DNA of 64,000 nt from Bacillales bacterium (GCA_016288795.1 JAEELI010000005.1:268-64267); one strand, 5' to 3'. Shown: positions 49,679 to 60,386, counted from the first letter of the stretch. Notes: generated from the letters alone by a model not told the origin. Numbers and translations are program-made.

Positions 49679-49707
49679 ATTATAATTAATAATAATTACT
49701 TTGTAAA
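49679..49707 (-). promoter_or_regulatory. sigma-A-type promoter of lon
   Basis: Minus strand reads TTTACA (49707-49702), 17 nt, TATAAT (49684-49679). GGAGG RBS 6 nt before the ATG. No CIRCE or CtsR heptads seen. Confidence 0.5.
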
Positions 49708-49742
49708 CAAAAATGAACACTATTTTTCAAAAAATTTCACTT

Positions 49743-49772
49743 AAAAAAAATAACTTGCTATTGCAAGTTATT
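49743..49772 (-). terminator. rho-independent terminator after tig
   Basis: AATAACTTGC-tatt-GCAAGTTATT 10-bp stem (49749-49772) overlapping the tig stop, followed on the minus strand by TTTTTTTT. Confidence 0.75.
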
Positions 49773-51039
49773 TTTCATTTACTTCTTTTAATATTTCTAA
49801 TGCTCTATGCATTCTCATATCATATTTAACTACTTCTAATGAACCATATGCTCCGACTAATTCTTCTAACTTAATACCATAGTTATCTGCCATTTCTTGC
49901 GCTTTTGCTTCAACTTCTTTTTCAGTAAAGTCTACTTTTTCTTTGTCTGCAATAAACTCAATTACATAACGTTCTTTAATTCTTTTTTCAGCTTCAGGTT
50001 CCATTTGTTTATGTAGATCTTCATGAGTAGTTCCGGTTATCTTATAATATTGTTCAATATCTATTCCTTGATGTGATAATTGATGAGCATATCCATCAAT
50101 GATTCTATGAACCTCATCATCAATTATCTCAGGATTTATTTCAACAGTTAATTTTTCAATCGCTGCACTTAATAAATCACTAATAAATTTATCTTCAACT
50201 TCTTTTTCTTTTCTTTCTTTAATAGTCTTTTTAACTTCAGCTTCAAATTCTTCTTTAGTTTTAACGTTTTCTAAACCTAAATCTTCATAAAACTCTTTAT
50301 TAATTTCAGGTAAAACTCTAGTTTTAATTTCATGAATTTTAACTTTAAATAATACATCTTTATTCTTTAAATCTTCTACATAATTTTCAGGGAATTTTAA
50401 TTTTAATTCTACTTCATCATTAGTTTTTTTACCTATTAATCCACTTTCAAATCCTGGAATAAATGTATTAGATCCAATTTCTAAAGGATAATTCTCACCT
50501 TTGCCACCTTCTAGCGCTTTTCCATCAACGAAACCATCAAAATCAATTACTACTGTATCACCTTTAGCTACTTCGCCATTATCTTTAACAACTACTTCAG
50601 CAAGTTGGTTTCTTAGATTTTCTATTTCTTGAGCTAATTCTTCTTTAGATACTTTAGCACTTTCTTTTTTTACTCCTAAGTTTTTATAACTACTTAGTTT
50701 TACTTCTGGTTTAGTGATAATTTTAAACTTAAATATAACAGAACCATCACTAATACCAATAATATCTACTTGAGGCTCAACTACTGGAATAAGATCATTA
50801 TTATCTAATAATTCCTTATAAGCAATATTAATTGCTTCATTAACAGCATCATTGTATAGTGATTCAATTCCATATTTTTTCAAATATACATCTTTAGGAG
50901 CTGTTCCTTTTCTAAAACCATCTATCTTAATATCTTTATTAACTTTTTTAAAAGCATTATCAAGACATTTAGTCCATTTTTCTCCTTCTAATTTTATTTC
51001 TATTTCATGAACATTTTTCAAAATTATTCCCTCTTTCAT
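49768..51039 (-). CDS. tig: trigger factor
   Basis: 423 aa. The N-terminal ribosome-binding GFRxGxxP-like motif (GFRKGTAPKDV), an FKBP domain, and an acidic C-terminus. Confidence 0.88.
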   Translation of the reverse strand: MKEGIILKNVHEIEIKLEGEKWTKCLDNAFKKVNKDIKIDGFRKGTAPKDVYLKKYGIESLYNDAVNEAINIAYKELLDNNDLIPVVEPQVDIIGISDGSVIFKFKIITKPEVKLSSYKNLGVKKESAKVSKEELAQEIENLRNQLAEVVVKDNGEVAKGDTVVIDFDGFVDGKALEGGKGENYPLEIGSNTFIPGFESGLIGKKTNDEVELKLKFPENYVEDLKNKDVLFKVKIHEIKTRVLPEINKEFYEDLGLENVKTKEEFEAEVKKTIKERKEKEVEDKFISDLLSAAIEKLTVEINPEIIDDEVHRIIDGYAHQLSHQGIDIEQYYKITGTTHEDLHKQMEPEAEKRIKERYVIEFIADKEKVDFTEKEVEAKAQEMADNYGIKLEELVGAYGSLEVVKYDMRMHRALEILKEVNEK

Positions 51040-51105
51040 TTAAGTATTATAATATATTTAGTAGTTATTTACAAGCATAATAAAACTATCACGAGGATAG
51101 TTTTG

Positions 51106-51573
51106 TTATGCTATTTTAGAAATAGTAATCTTATAACCACCATTAGGACTTTCTACTAAAACTTTATCACCTGTTTTATGTCCATTGATAGCTAATCCAA
51201 TAGGTGATTCAATAGATATTTTATTATTAAATGGATCTGATTCAACTGAAGAAACTAATTTATATTCTTCTTCATCACCATCTTCATCTTTAACAGTAAC
51301 TATTGAGCCAATACCTGCAACTCCACCTTTTTTCTTATCTACTATTTTGCTATGTTCTAATTTATATTCTAATTCCTTAATTCTTGCTTCAGTTTGTGCT
51401 TGATCATTTCTTGCAGCATCATAGTCAGCATTTTCTGATAAATCACCATTTGCTCTGGCTTCTTTTAAAGCGGTAATTATTTCTTTTCTCTTTACGTTTT
51501 TAAGTTCATTCAACTCAGTTTCTAACTCTAAATAACCTTCAGCAGTTAGTTCGAAAAGATTATCACTTTTCAT
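51106..51573 (-). CDS. greA: transcription elongation factor GreA
   Basis: 155 aa. N-terminal coiled coil with the acidic tip (ANGDLSENADYDAAR) and a C-terminal FKBP-like domain. Confidence 0.88.
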   Translation of the reverse strand: MKSDNLFELTAEGYLELETELNELKNVKRKEIITALKEARANGDLSENADYDAARNDQAQTEARIKELEYKLEHSKIVDKKKGGVAGIGSIVTVKDEDGDEEEYKLVSSVESDPFNNKISIESPIGLAINGHKTGDKVLVESPNGGYKITISKIA

Positions 51574-51621
51574 TTTTCTTTTCTCTCCTTTTTATGCAAC
51601 GTAAAAATAATACTATAAAAG

Positions 51622-52797
51622 TTATTCATTGTCAAATATTTTTAATCGCATCATTGAATATTTTTCTAATTCATGAGAAAAAGGAATTTTAATAATCATT
51701 TTAGGATGTCTAGCGACATCTATGAGATTTCCGTCTTCATCATATATTTCATTAATAGTATATGATATAGTCTCAATATTAGGACCAATAAACTCAACTT
51801 TATCTCCTTTTTTAAAATAATTTCGTTGTTCTAAAGAAATCATCTTATTATCTTTATCATAGTCTAAAACAATACCTAAGAAGTCTTGATTAGATACCTC
51901 TAATCTATCATTAAAATAGCTTTCTTGAACACCAGGAAACTTATTATAGAATTGAGGAATAGTATCTCTATTGGCTACTCTATTAAGAATTATTCGATAA
52001 TAATTCTTATCACTTTCTGATAAAGTTTTATTATTAATCTTATCCATAATATTGCGATAACATTGAATAACTGTAGCTATGTAATATATTGAACGCATTC
52101 TACCTTCTACTTTAAAAGAATCTATACCAATACTCATCATATCTTCAATGTAATCTACCATATTTAGATCTTTGCTCATGAATGTAAATGGTTCTTTATC
52201 ACCATTTTTAAAAATCCAACGGCATATTTGAGCACATCCACCACGGTTAGAATCTCTATTAGTTGTATAGTTAGAAAGAACACATTTACCACTTATTGAT
52301 GTACACATTGCACCATGAATAAAGCATTCTAATTCAACTGAACATTCTTTCTTTATTCTTATTATATCTTCTCTTGAAGCTTCTCTTCCTAAAACAAATC
52401 TTTTAACTCCTAAAGATTTCCAGAAATTAATGGCTTCATAATTTAAAATGCTTGCTTGAGTAGATAAAATAACATCCAAACCTATTTTAGTAGCCATTTT
52501 TACTGCTACTATATCACTAATAATTACTGCATCTACACCTATATTTTTTAATTTAATTAAGTATTCATCTAAATTAATTAAATTATCATCATGAAATACA
52601 ATATTAACAGTAACATAAACTTTTTTGTTTAGGCTATGAGCCAATGAACAGGCTTCCTCAATATCTTCAAGGCTAAAGTTTTTAGCATTGGCTCTAAGGC
52701 TATAATCTCTTCCACCAATATAGACAGCATCTGCTCCATAAAGCAAAGCTATTTTTAATCTTTCTAAATCTCCAGCTGGAGCTAATAACTCAGTCAT
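51622..52797 (-). CDS. peptidase U32 family protein (YrrO/TrhP-like, tRNA ho5U34 formation)
   Basis: MTELLAPAGDLERLKIALLYGADAVYIGG is the U32 N-terminal signature. The ECFIHGAMCTSISGKC cysteine cluster is present. It is adjacent to a trmR-like methyltransferase, as in B. subtilis yrrMNO. Confidence 0.75.
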   Translation of the reverse strand: MTELLAPAGDLERLKIALLYGADAVYIGGRDYSLRANAKNFSLEDIEEACSLAHSLNKKVYVTVNIVFHDDNLINLDEYLIKLKNIGVDAVIISDIVAVKMATKIGLDVILSTQASILNYEAINFWKSLGVKRFVLGREASREDIIRIKKECSVELECFIHGAMCTSISGKCVLSNYTTNRDSNRGGCAQICRWIFKNGDKEPFTFMSKDLNMVDYIEDMMSIGIDSFKVEGRMRSIYYIATVIQCYRNIMDKINNKTLSESDKNYYRIILNRVANRDTIPQFYNKFPGVQESYFNDRLEVSNQDFLGIVLDYDKDNKMISLEQRNYFKKGDKVEFIGPNIETISYTINEIYDEDGNLIDVARHPKMIIKIPFSHELEKYSMMRLKIFDNE

Positions 52798-53605
52798 TAT
52801 TTCCCTCCTTCAATTTATATATAGTTTCTTTATAAAGAAAACCATTATCCATTTCTACTTCGTCTTGAGAACCATTTAATATATTCTTAATATTATCTTT
52901 AGTTAAAAATACTGAATTAATAAAGTAATATTTAGCATCTAACTCCATTAATTCTAGGGCATTAAATAGTTTTTGATAATAGAAATAAGTTCCATATTCA
53001 TTTTCATAGACAATAAACTTTTTATTGTCATTATCTATAACGATAGGATTTTCTTTTTCTAATTTATGAAACTTAGAATAATTATCTATAAGTAATCTTC
53101 TCGAATACATGACTCCAACATAACCTAAGGTAAATAATGTTAATTTATCTTTTTTATTATCATCAATTATTTTAATTAATTCATTTTTAGTAATGTCTGT
53201 TGAAGGTATAACAGAATCAACATATTCTAAATATATATCTATAGATGGACTATTGGTATTAAAGTGACTTAAATATAATATTTTTTCTATTTTTAAATCT
53301 TTTATTAAAGATAGTATTCCCAGATCATCAAAAATAATACCAATAATATTTGGGGGAAGTGAGGATAATAATCCTCTAAGGTAATCTATACCATCATTAT
53401 CCAAAATCCTATTAATATATAAATAGCCTTCTTCTTTTATCTCAGAAATAGAAAAAGTATTAGGTATTCCTACACAAAAATCCTTTAGTGGAAAAGCAAA
53501 TTTTGTGATACCTAATTCTTTTAAATACTTTAAATCATCTAATTCATTTACTGTAATAATAATTTTATTTCTTTTCATTTTTCCATTTGCTAACAGATAA
53601 ACCAT
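52790..53605 (-). CDS. hypothetical protein in the YrrN position (possibly a divergent U32-related partner)
   Basis: 271 aa ORF between trmR and the U32 gene. There is no clear U32 signature, so the assignment rests on synteny only. The start is uncertain (M1 or M10). Confidence 0.35.
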   Translation of the reverse strand: MVYLLANGKMKRNKIIITVNELDDLKYLKELGITKFAFPLKDFCVGIPNTFSISEIKEEGYLYINRILDNDGIDYLRGLLSSLPPNIIGIIFDDLGILSLIKDLKIEKILYLSHFNTNSPSIDIYLEYVDSVIPSTDITKNELIKIIDDNKKDKLTLFTLGYVGVMYSRRLLIDNYSKFHKLEKENPIVIDNDNKKFIVYENEYGTYFYYQKLFNALELMELDAKYYFINSVFLTKDNIKNILNGSQDEVEMDNGFLYKETIYKLKEGNND

Positions 53606-54164
53606 CCCCTATATCATAGAAAAGTGTATCAAACTCTTCATTATCTTTTAAAAATTCAATATAATCTTCTATTTTTTCAACTAAACTCTTTAAGTTTTTA
53701 CTTTCAATCTTTTGAGATTTGCCAACATATCCATGAAATTTAATATTATCAGTGATAATTGTTCCATTTTCTTTCAAAAAATACTTATATTTTTCAAAGA
53801 ATCTTTTATATTGACCTTTAGCAGCATCAATAAATATTAAATCATACTTTAAGTCTTCAGATAAATTAACTTCCATAGCGTCTTGAAATACAACATTAAT
53901 CTTTTTATCTAAACCACAAGCCTTAACATTTTTTAAACATTCCATGTATCTTTCTTCATCACGTTCTATAGTAGTAACTGTAACGTCTTCCCTACTGCTA
54001 GCCATTAATATTGCTGAATAGCCTATAGCACTTCCTAATTCTAAAACACTTTTTATATTATTATCTTTAATATATTTCATAATGAAGGCAATAGACTTCT
54101 TTTCAATTATGGGAACATTCTTTTCCTGAGCATAACTTTCCATTTCTAATATTTTTTGTTTCAT
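53565..54164 (-). CDS. trmR: class I SAM-dependent O-methyltransferase, TrmR/YrrM-like (tRNA mo5U)
   Basis: VLELGSAIGYSAILMA SAM-binding motif I, and the DFIFIDA-like IFIDAAK motif of the family-3 O-MTases. 199 aa. Confidence 0.7.
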   Translation of the reverse strand: MKQKILEMESYAQEKNVPIIEKKSIAFIMKYIKDNNIKSVLELGSAIGYSAILMASSREDVTVTTIERDEERYMECLKNVKACGLDKKINVVFQDAMEVNLSEDLKYDLIFIDAAKGQYKRFFEKYKYFLKENGTIITDNIKFHGYVGKSQKIESKNLKSLVEKIEDYIEFLKDNEEFDTLFYDIGDGLSVSKWKNEKK

Positions 54165-54173
54165 TATTAACTC

Positions 54174-55214
54174 CTAACTATATTTTCTAATTAAGCCTTG
54201 GAACTCGCTGAAAGTCTTTGCAAAATAAAGTTTTCCGGCTTGTCCACCCTTACCATAAACATCGGCATAAAAATATATGAAATCAGTATCACTTGGGGAT
54301 AACGCTGCTTCAATCGCATCTTTTCTAGGATTGCTTATTGGTCCCACTGGTAGACCAATGAATTCAATATTTCTAGTATTATATGCATTCTTAGTTTCTA
54401 AGTCTGATGTAGTTAAACTCTCTGTTAATGCTTTTCTAACACCATAATATGTTGTTACATCCATTCCCAAACTCATATTCATATCTAATCTTTTATAGAT
54501 TACTTGACTAACTATTGGTCTATCTTCTTGAACTTTAGTTTCATTTTCAATTATGCTTGCTATAGTTAGTATTTCATGAACACTATATTTAGAATTCTTA
54601 ATATCAGAACTATATTCATCTAAAACATTTCCCGTTCTTGATAACAATTTTTCAACTATTGTTTTAATAGTAGCATCCTTATAAAATTCATATGTATCAG
54701 GGAATAAATAACCTTCCAAAGGATAATATATATCACTATTAAGTATATCATCAGTTAAAAAACTATATTTTTTTATTAATTCTTTTAGATAAGATTGATC
54801 ACTCATTACTTTTAATACTTCATCTTCGCTATAGCCAAATTTCTCGCTTATTACTTTAGCATAATCAGGTATTCTCTTACCTTCAGTAAAGCGCACTTTA
54901 ATTGTTTCTTGGATAGATTTTCCACCACTTATTATTTTAAATATTTTTTCAGTGCTAAAACTTCTATCTAATTCATAAGTTCCAGCCATAGGAACAATAT
55001 CTTTATGTAATTTAACATATATTTTAGCTGCTAATTTATTCTTAATTAATTTAGCATCATATAAATCATTAATAATCTTTACAGTCGCGCCACTGGCATT
55101 AAACTTAACTACTTCACTTTCTGAACTAACTGGTTTTAATTGAAAAGAATATACTCCTATTGCAATTCCTGCTATAATTATTAAACATATCATAAAAACA
55201 ATTAATTTTTTCAT
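54174..55214 (-). CDS. mltG: endolytic murein transglycosylase MltG (YceG-like)
   Basis: N-terminal TM and YceG domain with LTIASIIENETKV (ASIIEKET motif). 346 aa. Confidence 0.8.
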   Translation of the reverse strand: MKKLIVFMICLIIIAGIAIGVYSFQLKPVSSESEVVKFNASGATVKIINDLYDAKLIKNKLAAKIYVKLHKDIVPMAGTYELDRSFSTEKIFKIISGGKSIQETIKVRFTEGKRIPDYAKVISEKFGYSEDEVLKVMSDQSYLKELIKKYSFLTDDILNSDIYYPLEGYLFPDTYEFYKDATIKTIVEKLLSRTGNVLDEYSSDIKNSKYSVHEILTIASIIENETKVQEDRPIVSQVIYKRLDMNMSLGMDVTTYYGVRKALTESLTTSDLETKNAYNTRNIEFIGLPVGPISNPRKDAIEAALSPSDTDFIYFYADVYGKGGQAGKLYFAKTFSEFQGLIRKYS

Positions 55215-55427
55215 TTATACCACTCTTTTTTCTAATTTTTCTAAAATACTATCTAAGTATTCATATTCTTTATCAGTTATACTAACTAATTTATCTTTCT
55301 TTAATAATCCAGCATATATATTTGGATTAACTATGTCCTTATATACAATATAATGCTTTTTTTCACTAACAAGTTCAAAAAGAATACTAAAGTTTCTTAC
55401 ACTTCCTTTTTTATTTTTCAATTCCAT
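55215..55427 (-). CDS. DUF1292-family small protein (YrzB-like)
   Basis: 70 aa. Its position between ruvX and mltG matches B. subtilis yrzB. Confidence 0.5.
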   Translation of the reverse strand: MELKNKKGSVRNFSILFELVSEKKHYIVYKDIVNPNIYAGLLKKDKLVSITDKEYEYLDSILEKLEKRVV

Positions 55428-55839
55428 TATTAACCCTCTTTAAATAACTCTCTAGGATTATTGATGCGGCAATACTATCTATCTTGTCTTTGGTTTCTTT
55501 AACATTTTTATTATTATCATGAACAATACTTTCAGCCATTTTAGTAGTTAATCTTTCATCTTCTAAAGAAACATTAAATCCTTCTTTCTTTAGCATTTCA
55601 AAGAAATTCATACTTCTTTGGCCAGCAAACCCAATGGAGCCATCCATATTCTTAGGTAATCCTAAAACTATTCTATCTACTTTATTTTCATTAATTATTT
55701 TTTTTAATTCAACTAAGGCTCCTTCGTAATCTTCAAATGCAAATTTTATTACTGGTAAAGGTCTTATTATTAAACCACTTTTATCACTAATACTTAAACC
55801 CAAAGTTTTAGTTCCTAAATCTAATCCTAAATACCGCAT
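55411..55839 (-). CDS. ruvX: putative pre-16S rRNA nuclease / Holliday-junction resolvase-like RuvX (YqgF)
   Basis: MRYLGLDLGTKTLGLSISD is the YqgF/RuvX N-terminus. 142 aa. Confidence 0.85.
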   Translation of the reverse strand: MRYLGLDLGTKTLGLSISDKSGLIIRPLPVIKFAFEDYEGALVELKKIINENKVDRIVLGLPKNMDGSIGFAGQRSMNFFEMLKKEGFNVSLEDERLTTKMAESIVHDNNKNVKETKDKIDSIAASIILESYLKRVNNGIEK

Positions 55840-55840
55840 A

Positions 55841-56083
55841 TTAATTACCTTTAAAATTTTTTATTAATGCTAGCAACACTTCTTCTCTTTTTAAAGATTT
55901 CATTTTTTGTCTAGCACCTTCAAAATTAGAGATATATGCCACATCCCCAGTAAGAAGATATCCAACTAATTGATTTTCAGCATTATAACCTTTTTTCTTC
56001 AACGAAGCCATAACTTCATTGATAGTAATTAGTGTTAATTCTTGTTTTAATGCCGCTACATTAAATACACTTGTTTTATCCAT
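55841..56083 (-). CDS. ireB: IreB-family regulatory phosphoprotein (UPF0297)
   Basis: KGYNAENQLVGYLLTGDVAYI matches the UPF0297 core. 80 aa. It lies upstream of ruvX, as in Bacilli. Confidence 0.75.
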   Translation of the reverse strand: MDKTSVFNVAALKQELTLITINEVMASLKKKGYNAENQLVGYLLTGDVAYISNFEGARQKMKSLKREEVLLALIKNFKGN

Positions 56084-56140
56084 AATACACCTCTAACGTC
56101 CACATCATTTTATCAAAAAAACGCTTGCTTTTCAATATAT

Positions 56141-56584
56141 CTACTTAGATTGACTATCAATAATTATTGTCACTGGACCATCATTGGTAATGTGAACTTC
56201 CATTTCACTACCAAACTTACCAGTAACAACATTGACATGTTTTCTTAGTTCATTATTAAACTCATCATAAAGAATAATAGCCTTATCACCCCTTAATGCT
56301 TTTATATAACTAGGCCTATTACCCTTAGATGTATCAGCATATAAAGTGAATTGACTAATAGATAGAATTTCTCCACCATAATCAAGAATACTTTTATTCA
56401 TAACTCCATTTTCATCATCAAAGATTCTTAAATTAACTATTTTCTTAACTATATAATCTATATCTTGTTTAGTATCTAGTTCATTAAAACAAGATAATAT
56501 AACTAGTCCACTATCAATTTTGTTATATAATTTATTATCTATATAAACATCACTATTTTTACTTCTTTGTATAACTACTTTCAT
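56141..56584 (-). CDS. dtd: D-aminoacyl-tRNA deacylase
   Basis: MKVVIQRSKNSDVYIDN and the SQFTLYAD motif of Dtd. 147 aa. It overlaps the rel stop, the usual relA-dtd arrangement. Confidence 0.88.
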   Translation of the reverse strand: MKVVIQRSKNSDVYIDNKLYNKIDSGLVILSCFNELDTKQDIDYIVKKIVNLRIFDDENGVMNKSILDYGGEILSISQFTLYADTSKGNRPSYIKALRGDKAIILYDEFNNELRKHVNVVTGKFGSEMEVHITNDGPVTIIIDSQSK

Positions 56585-58710
56585 TTTGTCTCCATTACTT
56601 TTATATTTTTATATTTAGATAAACTATTCTTCAAATGAGATAATTCTTCTTTATTCTTAACTTTAATAATTAAGTTACATATCATTCCATTATCTATATC
56701 TTTATTATGCATTTCTACTATATGAATTCCTTCTTTAGTTGCTTCAGTTATTAAATCCATTAAGAAATTAGAATTACTAACTTGTAATGCTAAATGCGTC
56801 ATATATTCATTATTTGTCTTTTCATTCCATTCAACTTTAATTAATCTTTTAGATTCATTTAATATATTTGGACAATTACTTTTATGTACAGATATTCCCT
56901 CTCCTTTAGTAATAAATCCAATAATATCATCACCTTTAACAGGCATACAGCATTTAGCCAAAGAATACATTATTGAACTATTACCATCAACAATAATATC
57001 ATCTTTATAACTACTAACTTTATTTGGTCTAATTCTTTCTATTAAGACATCATCCAAATCTTGTTTATCTTCAGTAGTTAAATTAATAATATATCCAGCA
57101 GTATATCTTAATGATCCAATACTTAAATATAAATCATCGATATCATCTAGTTTTAAATCTTTAAGTAATTTATTTAATTTTTCTTCATTTAAAACTTCGT
57201 TAATACTAAGCTTTCTCTTGCGAATTTCTTTTTCTAATATATTTTTACCTTTGCTTAGCAACTCCTCACGGTCTTTTTTACTAAAATAAGATTTAATTTT
57301 AGTTCTAGCTTGGTTAGTCTTAACAAAAGTTAACCAATCTTGATTAGGAGTTGCACTATTATTAGTAATAATCTTAACTATATCATTATTTTTTAGATTA
57401 TAAGAAAGGGGAACAATATTATCATTAACTAAAGCTCCGACTGTTTTATCTCCTACTCCAGAGTGAATACGATAAGCAAAGTCAATTGGAGTTGCATCTT
57501 TAGGAAGTTCAATTACATCTCCTTTAGGAGTAAATACATATATTAATTCACTTAATAAATCATTATTTATATTGCTTTCAAAAGAAATATCACTTTCATC
57601 ACTATTAGTTTCAATAATATTACGGAACATTTCTAATTTTTGTTCCATTATTGCTTGAACTTTCTTAGTTCCTTTTTCTTTATAAGACCAATGACTAGCA
57701 ATTCCCTTTTCAGCAATTTCATCCATTTCGTAAGTTCGAACTTGAATTTCATATACTTCCCCATCATTACCAAATACAGTAGTATGTAAGCTTTGATACA
57801 TATTTTCTTTAGGATTTGCTATATAATCTTTGAATCTTTTAGGAACAGGACGATATTTTGAATGAACAAGTCCGATTGTTGTATAACAATCAGTTTCCTT
57901 TTCAACAAATATTCTTAAAGCTAAAATATCGTATATTTCATTCCATTTTCTTCCTGTAGATAATTTATTGTAAATGCTATATACACTCTTTACTCTACCT
58001 TTAATCTCATGTTCTATCCCATTATCACTAAGCAAATGTGATAGATCAACTTTCATTTGCATTAGATTATCATTCAATTCTGCTTTAGTCTTATCAAGGC
58101 GCTCAAGTATATCATTGTATACATCTGGTTTTAAAACTTTCAAACATATATCTTCTAATTCAGACTTAATAGAATTAATACCTAACCGGTGCGCTATTGG
58201 GACTAAGACTGTCATAGTTTCTTTAGCTTTTTCTTTTCTTTTTTCTTCCCCTATAGCCCAATTGGTTCTCATATTATGTAATCTATCAGCTAATTTAATA
58301 TATAAAACTCGAGGATCTTCAGCTAATCCTACTAAGACTTTTCTTAAATAAATTGCTGCAGATTCAGTCTCGTCTAATAACTCTAGTTTATTAATTTTTG
58401 AAACACTTTGAACTATTGTAGCAACTTCAGAGCCAAATTTACTTTCCAATAATTCTTTTGTGGCAATATTTCCATTATTTAATACTTCGTGTAATATTGC
58501 ACTTATTATAGTTACATCATCTACATTTAAATTGATTAATATATCGGCAACATGCAATGGATGAGTAATATAATCATCCCCTGATAATCTTTTTTTACCT
58601 TCATGCTCACTTTTAGCAAATTCATATGCTTCTTTAATCATTTCCATAGATTCTTTGCTAAAGTTTAATTTACTATATATTGTTTCAAAAGATATATCGG
58701 TATCCTTCAT
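56581..58710 (-). CDS. relA: bifunctional (p)ppGpp synthetase/hydrolase Rel
   Basis: HD hydrolase domain (HPLHVADIL), the RelA_SpoT synthetase domain, and C-terminal TGS and ACT regions. 709 aa. Confidence 0.9.
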   Translation of the reverse strand: MKDTDISFETIYSKLNFSKESMEMIKEAYEFAKSEHEGKKRLSGDDYITHPLHVADILINLNVDDVTIISAILHEVLNNGNIATKELLESKFGSEVATIVQSVSKINKLELLDETESAAIYLRKVLVGLAEDPRVLYIKLADRLHNMRTNWAIGEEKRKEKAKETMTVLVPIAHRLGINSIKSELEDICLKVLKPDVYNDILERLDKTKAELNDNLMQMKVDLSHLLSDNGIEHEIKGRVKSVYSIYNKLSTGRKWNEIYDILALRIFVEKETDCYTTIGLVHSKYRPVPKRFKDYIANPKENMYQSLHTTVFGNDGEVYEIQVRTYEMDEIAEKGIASHWSYKEKGTKKVQAIMEQKLEMFRNIIETNSDESDISFESNINNDLLSELIYVFTPKGDVIELPKDATPIDFAYRIHSGVGDKTVGALVNDNIVPLSYNLKNNDIVKIITNNSATPNQDWLTFVKTNQARTKIKSYFSKKDREELLSKGKNILEKEIRKRKLSINEVLNEEKLNKLLKDLKLDDIDDLYLSIGSLRYTAGYIINLTTEDKQDLDDVLIERIRPNKVSSYKDDIIVDGNSSIMYSLAKCCMPVKGDDIIGFITKGEGISVHKSNCPNILNESKRLIKVEWNEKTNNEYMTHLALQVSNSNFLMDLITEATKEGIHIVEMHNKDIDNGMICNLIIKVKNKEELSHLKNSLSKYKNIKVMETK

Positions 58711-58714
58711 TTAT

Positions 58715-58960
58715 TCATCTCTTTCCTTTTATATACTTAATTAAAACTATTTCATCAATAAATAAAATATCATTAGCCATCTCATGAATACGCAAATCAA
58801 CTTTATTCTTCCAAATATTATTTAGTGCATATTCCCAAATGTCTAATTCATTAATATCATTTATTTTATTGGCTTTTAATTCATCTAATCTACACCTAAT
58901 AGCAGGAAGTAACCTATTGTATAATTCCGTAACTGAGGTAAATAGTTCATCATTTGCCAT
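58715..58960 (-). CDS. hypothetical small protein (81 aa)
   Basis: Short ORF immediately downstream of rel with a plausible GGGATGG RBS. No motif. Confidence 0.35.
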   Translation of the reverse strand: MANDELFTSVTELYNRLLPAIRCRLDELKANKINDINELDIWEYALNNIWKNKVDLRIHEMANDILFIDEIVLIKYIKGKR

Positions 58961-59024
58961 ATAAAACCATCCCTTTTCATATACTATTATATACTATTTT
59001 GTTTATCTTTTAAAGGAGATTATC

Positions 59025-60326
59025 GTGAAGAATAATACTTTCATTAAATCAACTATCATTTTAATAATAGGTGGAATAATTACTAAAGTCTTAGGATTTA
59101 TTATTAGAATAATATGGACAAGAATTGTAGGAACAGAAATAATATCTTTGTATTCTTTAGTTATGCCAACCTATTCACTTTTACTCACTATAGCATCTTT
59201 AGCGTTACCAACTGCAATATCTAAGTTAATTGCCGAAGAAAAAAGCAATAATATTAAAATTATTTGGACATCTACTATTTTAATATTATCAATTAACTTT
59301 ATAGTAGTCTTAATAATGCTTTTTTCTGCTAAAAGTATTGCCATCAATTTATTACATGAAGAAAGATGCTACTACTTATTGCTAGCTATGACTGCGACCT
59401 TTCCTATTATATCTATTTCTTCTATTATTAAGGGATACTTCTATGGTAAACAAAAAATGATTCCAACCGTCATAGCAAATATAATAGAACAACTTATAAG
59501 AGGTTTATTAATTTGGTTATTTGTTCCAATTTTAATGGAAAAAAGTGAAATATTAGCAGCATCTTCTCTATTTATATTCTCCTTTATTGAAGAATTAGTT
59601 TCTATCTTTGTGAGTTTTCTATTTTTACCAAAGAAAATTAAAATAAATAAAAGTAATCTTATAATTGATAAAACAACTTTAAAGAATATATTAAATATAT
59701 CTATACCTACTGTCTCAAGTAGAATAATTGGTAATATTGGTTATTTCTTTGAACCAATTATACTTAAAAATTTATTGTTATTATCAGGATATACTAATGA
59801 ATATATACTAATTGAATATGGGGCATATAATGCTTATACTATTACAATTCTTACTGTTCCTTCTTTTTTTATAATTGCCATATCATCTTCACTAATACCT
59901 GAAATAAGCAAACATTATTTAAATAAAAAATATCTATTATTGAAAAGAAGATTAAAAGAAGGAATCTTATTTTCATTAATTATTGGCATTAGTTATTCAC
60001 TTCTTTTAATCTTCTATGGCTCTAAAATTCTATACGCAATATACAAGACTTCTATGGGGTTAAACTATATAAACGTTTTAGCCCCAATATTTCCTTTATT
60101 TTATATAGAATCAATCCTGATATCTTTTCTTCAAGCTATTAATAAGGCTAAAACTACAATGATAATAACTACCATAGGGATTATTATAAAACTAATTGTT
60201 TTAACTATAGCTTCTCTAGTTCATGTTGGCATGTACTCTTTGATAATATCAGAAATAATCAATATACTAGTAGTAGTTTCTTTAAATATTTATCATGTCA
60301 ATAAAAGCATTAAAAATCTATCCTAA
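59025..60326 (+). CDS. MOP-superfamily polysaccharide/lipid-II flippase (SpoVB/MurJ/Wzx-like)
   Basis: GTG start after AAAGGAGAT. 433 aa with about 12-14 predicted TM helices. The composition is typical of polysaccharide-biosynthesis flippases. Confidence 0.65.
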   Translation: MKNNTFIKSTIILIIGGIITKVLGFIIRIIWTRIVGTEIISLYSLVMPTYSLLLTIASLALPTAISKLIAEEKSNNIKIIWTSTILILSINFIVVLIMLFSAKSIAINLLHEERCYYLLLAMTATFPIISISSIIKGYFYGKQKMIPTVIANIIEQLIRGLLIWLFVPILMEKSEILAASSLFIFSFIEELVSIFVSFLFLPKKIKINKSNLIIDKTTLKNILNISIPTVSSRIIGNIGYFFEPIILKNLLLLSGYTNEYILIEYGAYNAYTITILTVPSFFIIAISSSLIPEISKHYLNKKYLLLKRRLKEGILFSLIIGISYSLLLIFYGSKILYAIYKTSMGLNYINVLAPIFPLFYIESILISFLQAINKAKTTMIITTIGIIIKLIVLTIASLVHVGMYSLIISEIINILVVVSLNIYHVNKSIKNLS

Positions 60327-60386
60327 TAAATAAGTAGTTTTAATTATTCTTTTATCACTACAATATTCCATAACATATTTATTATC

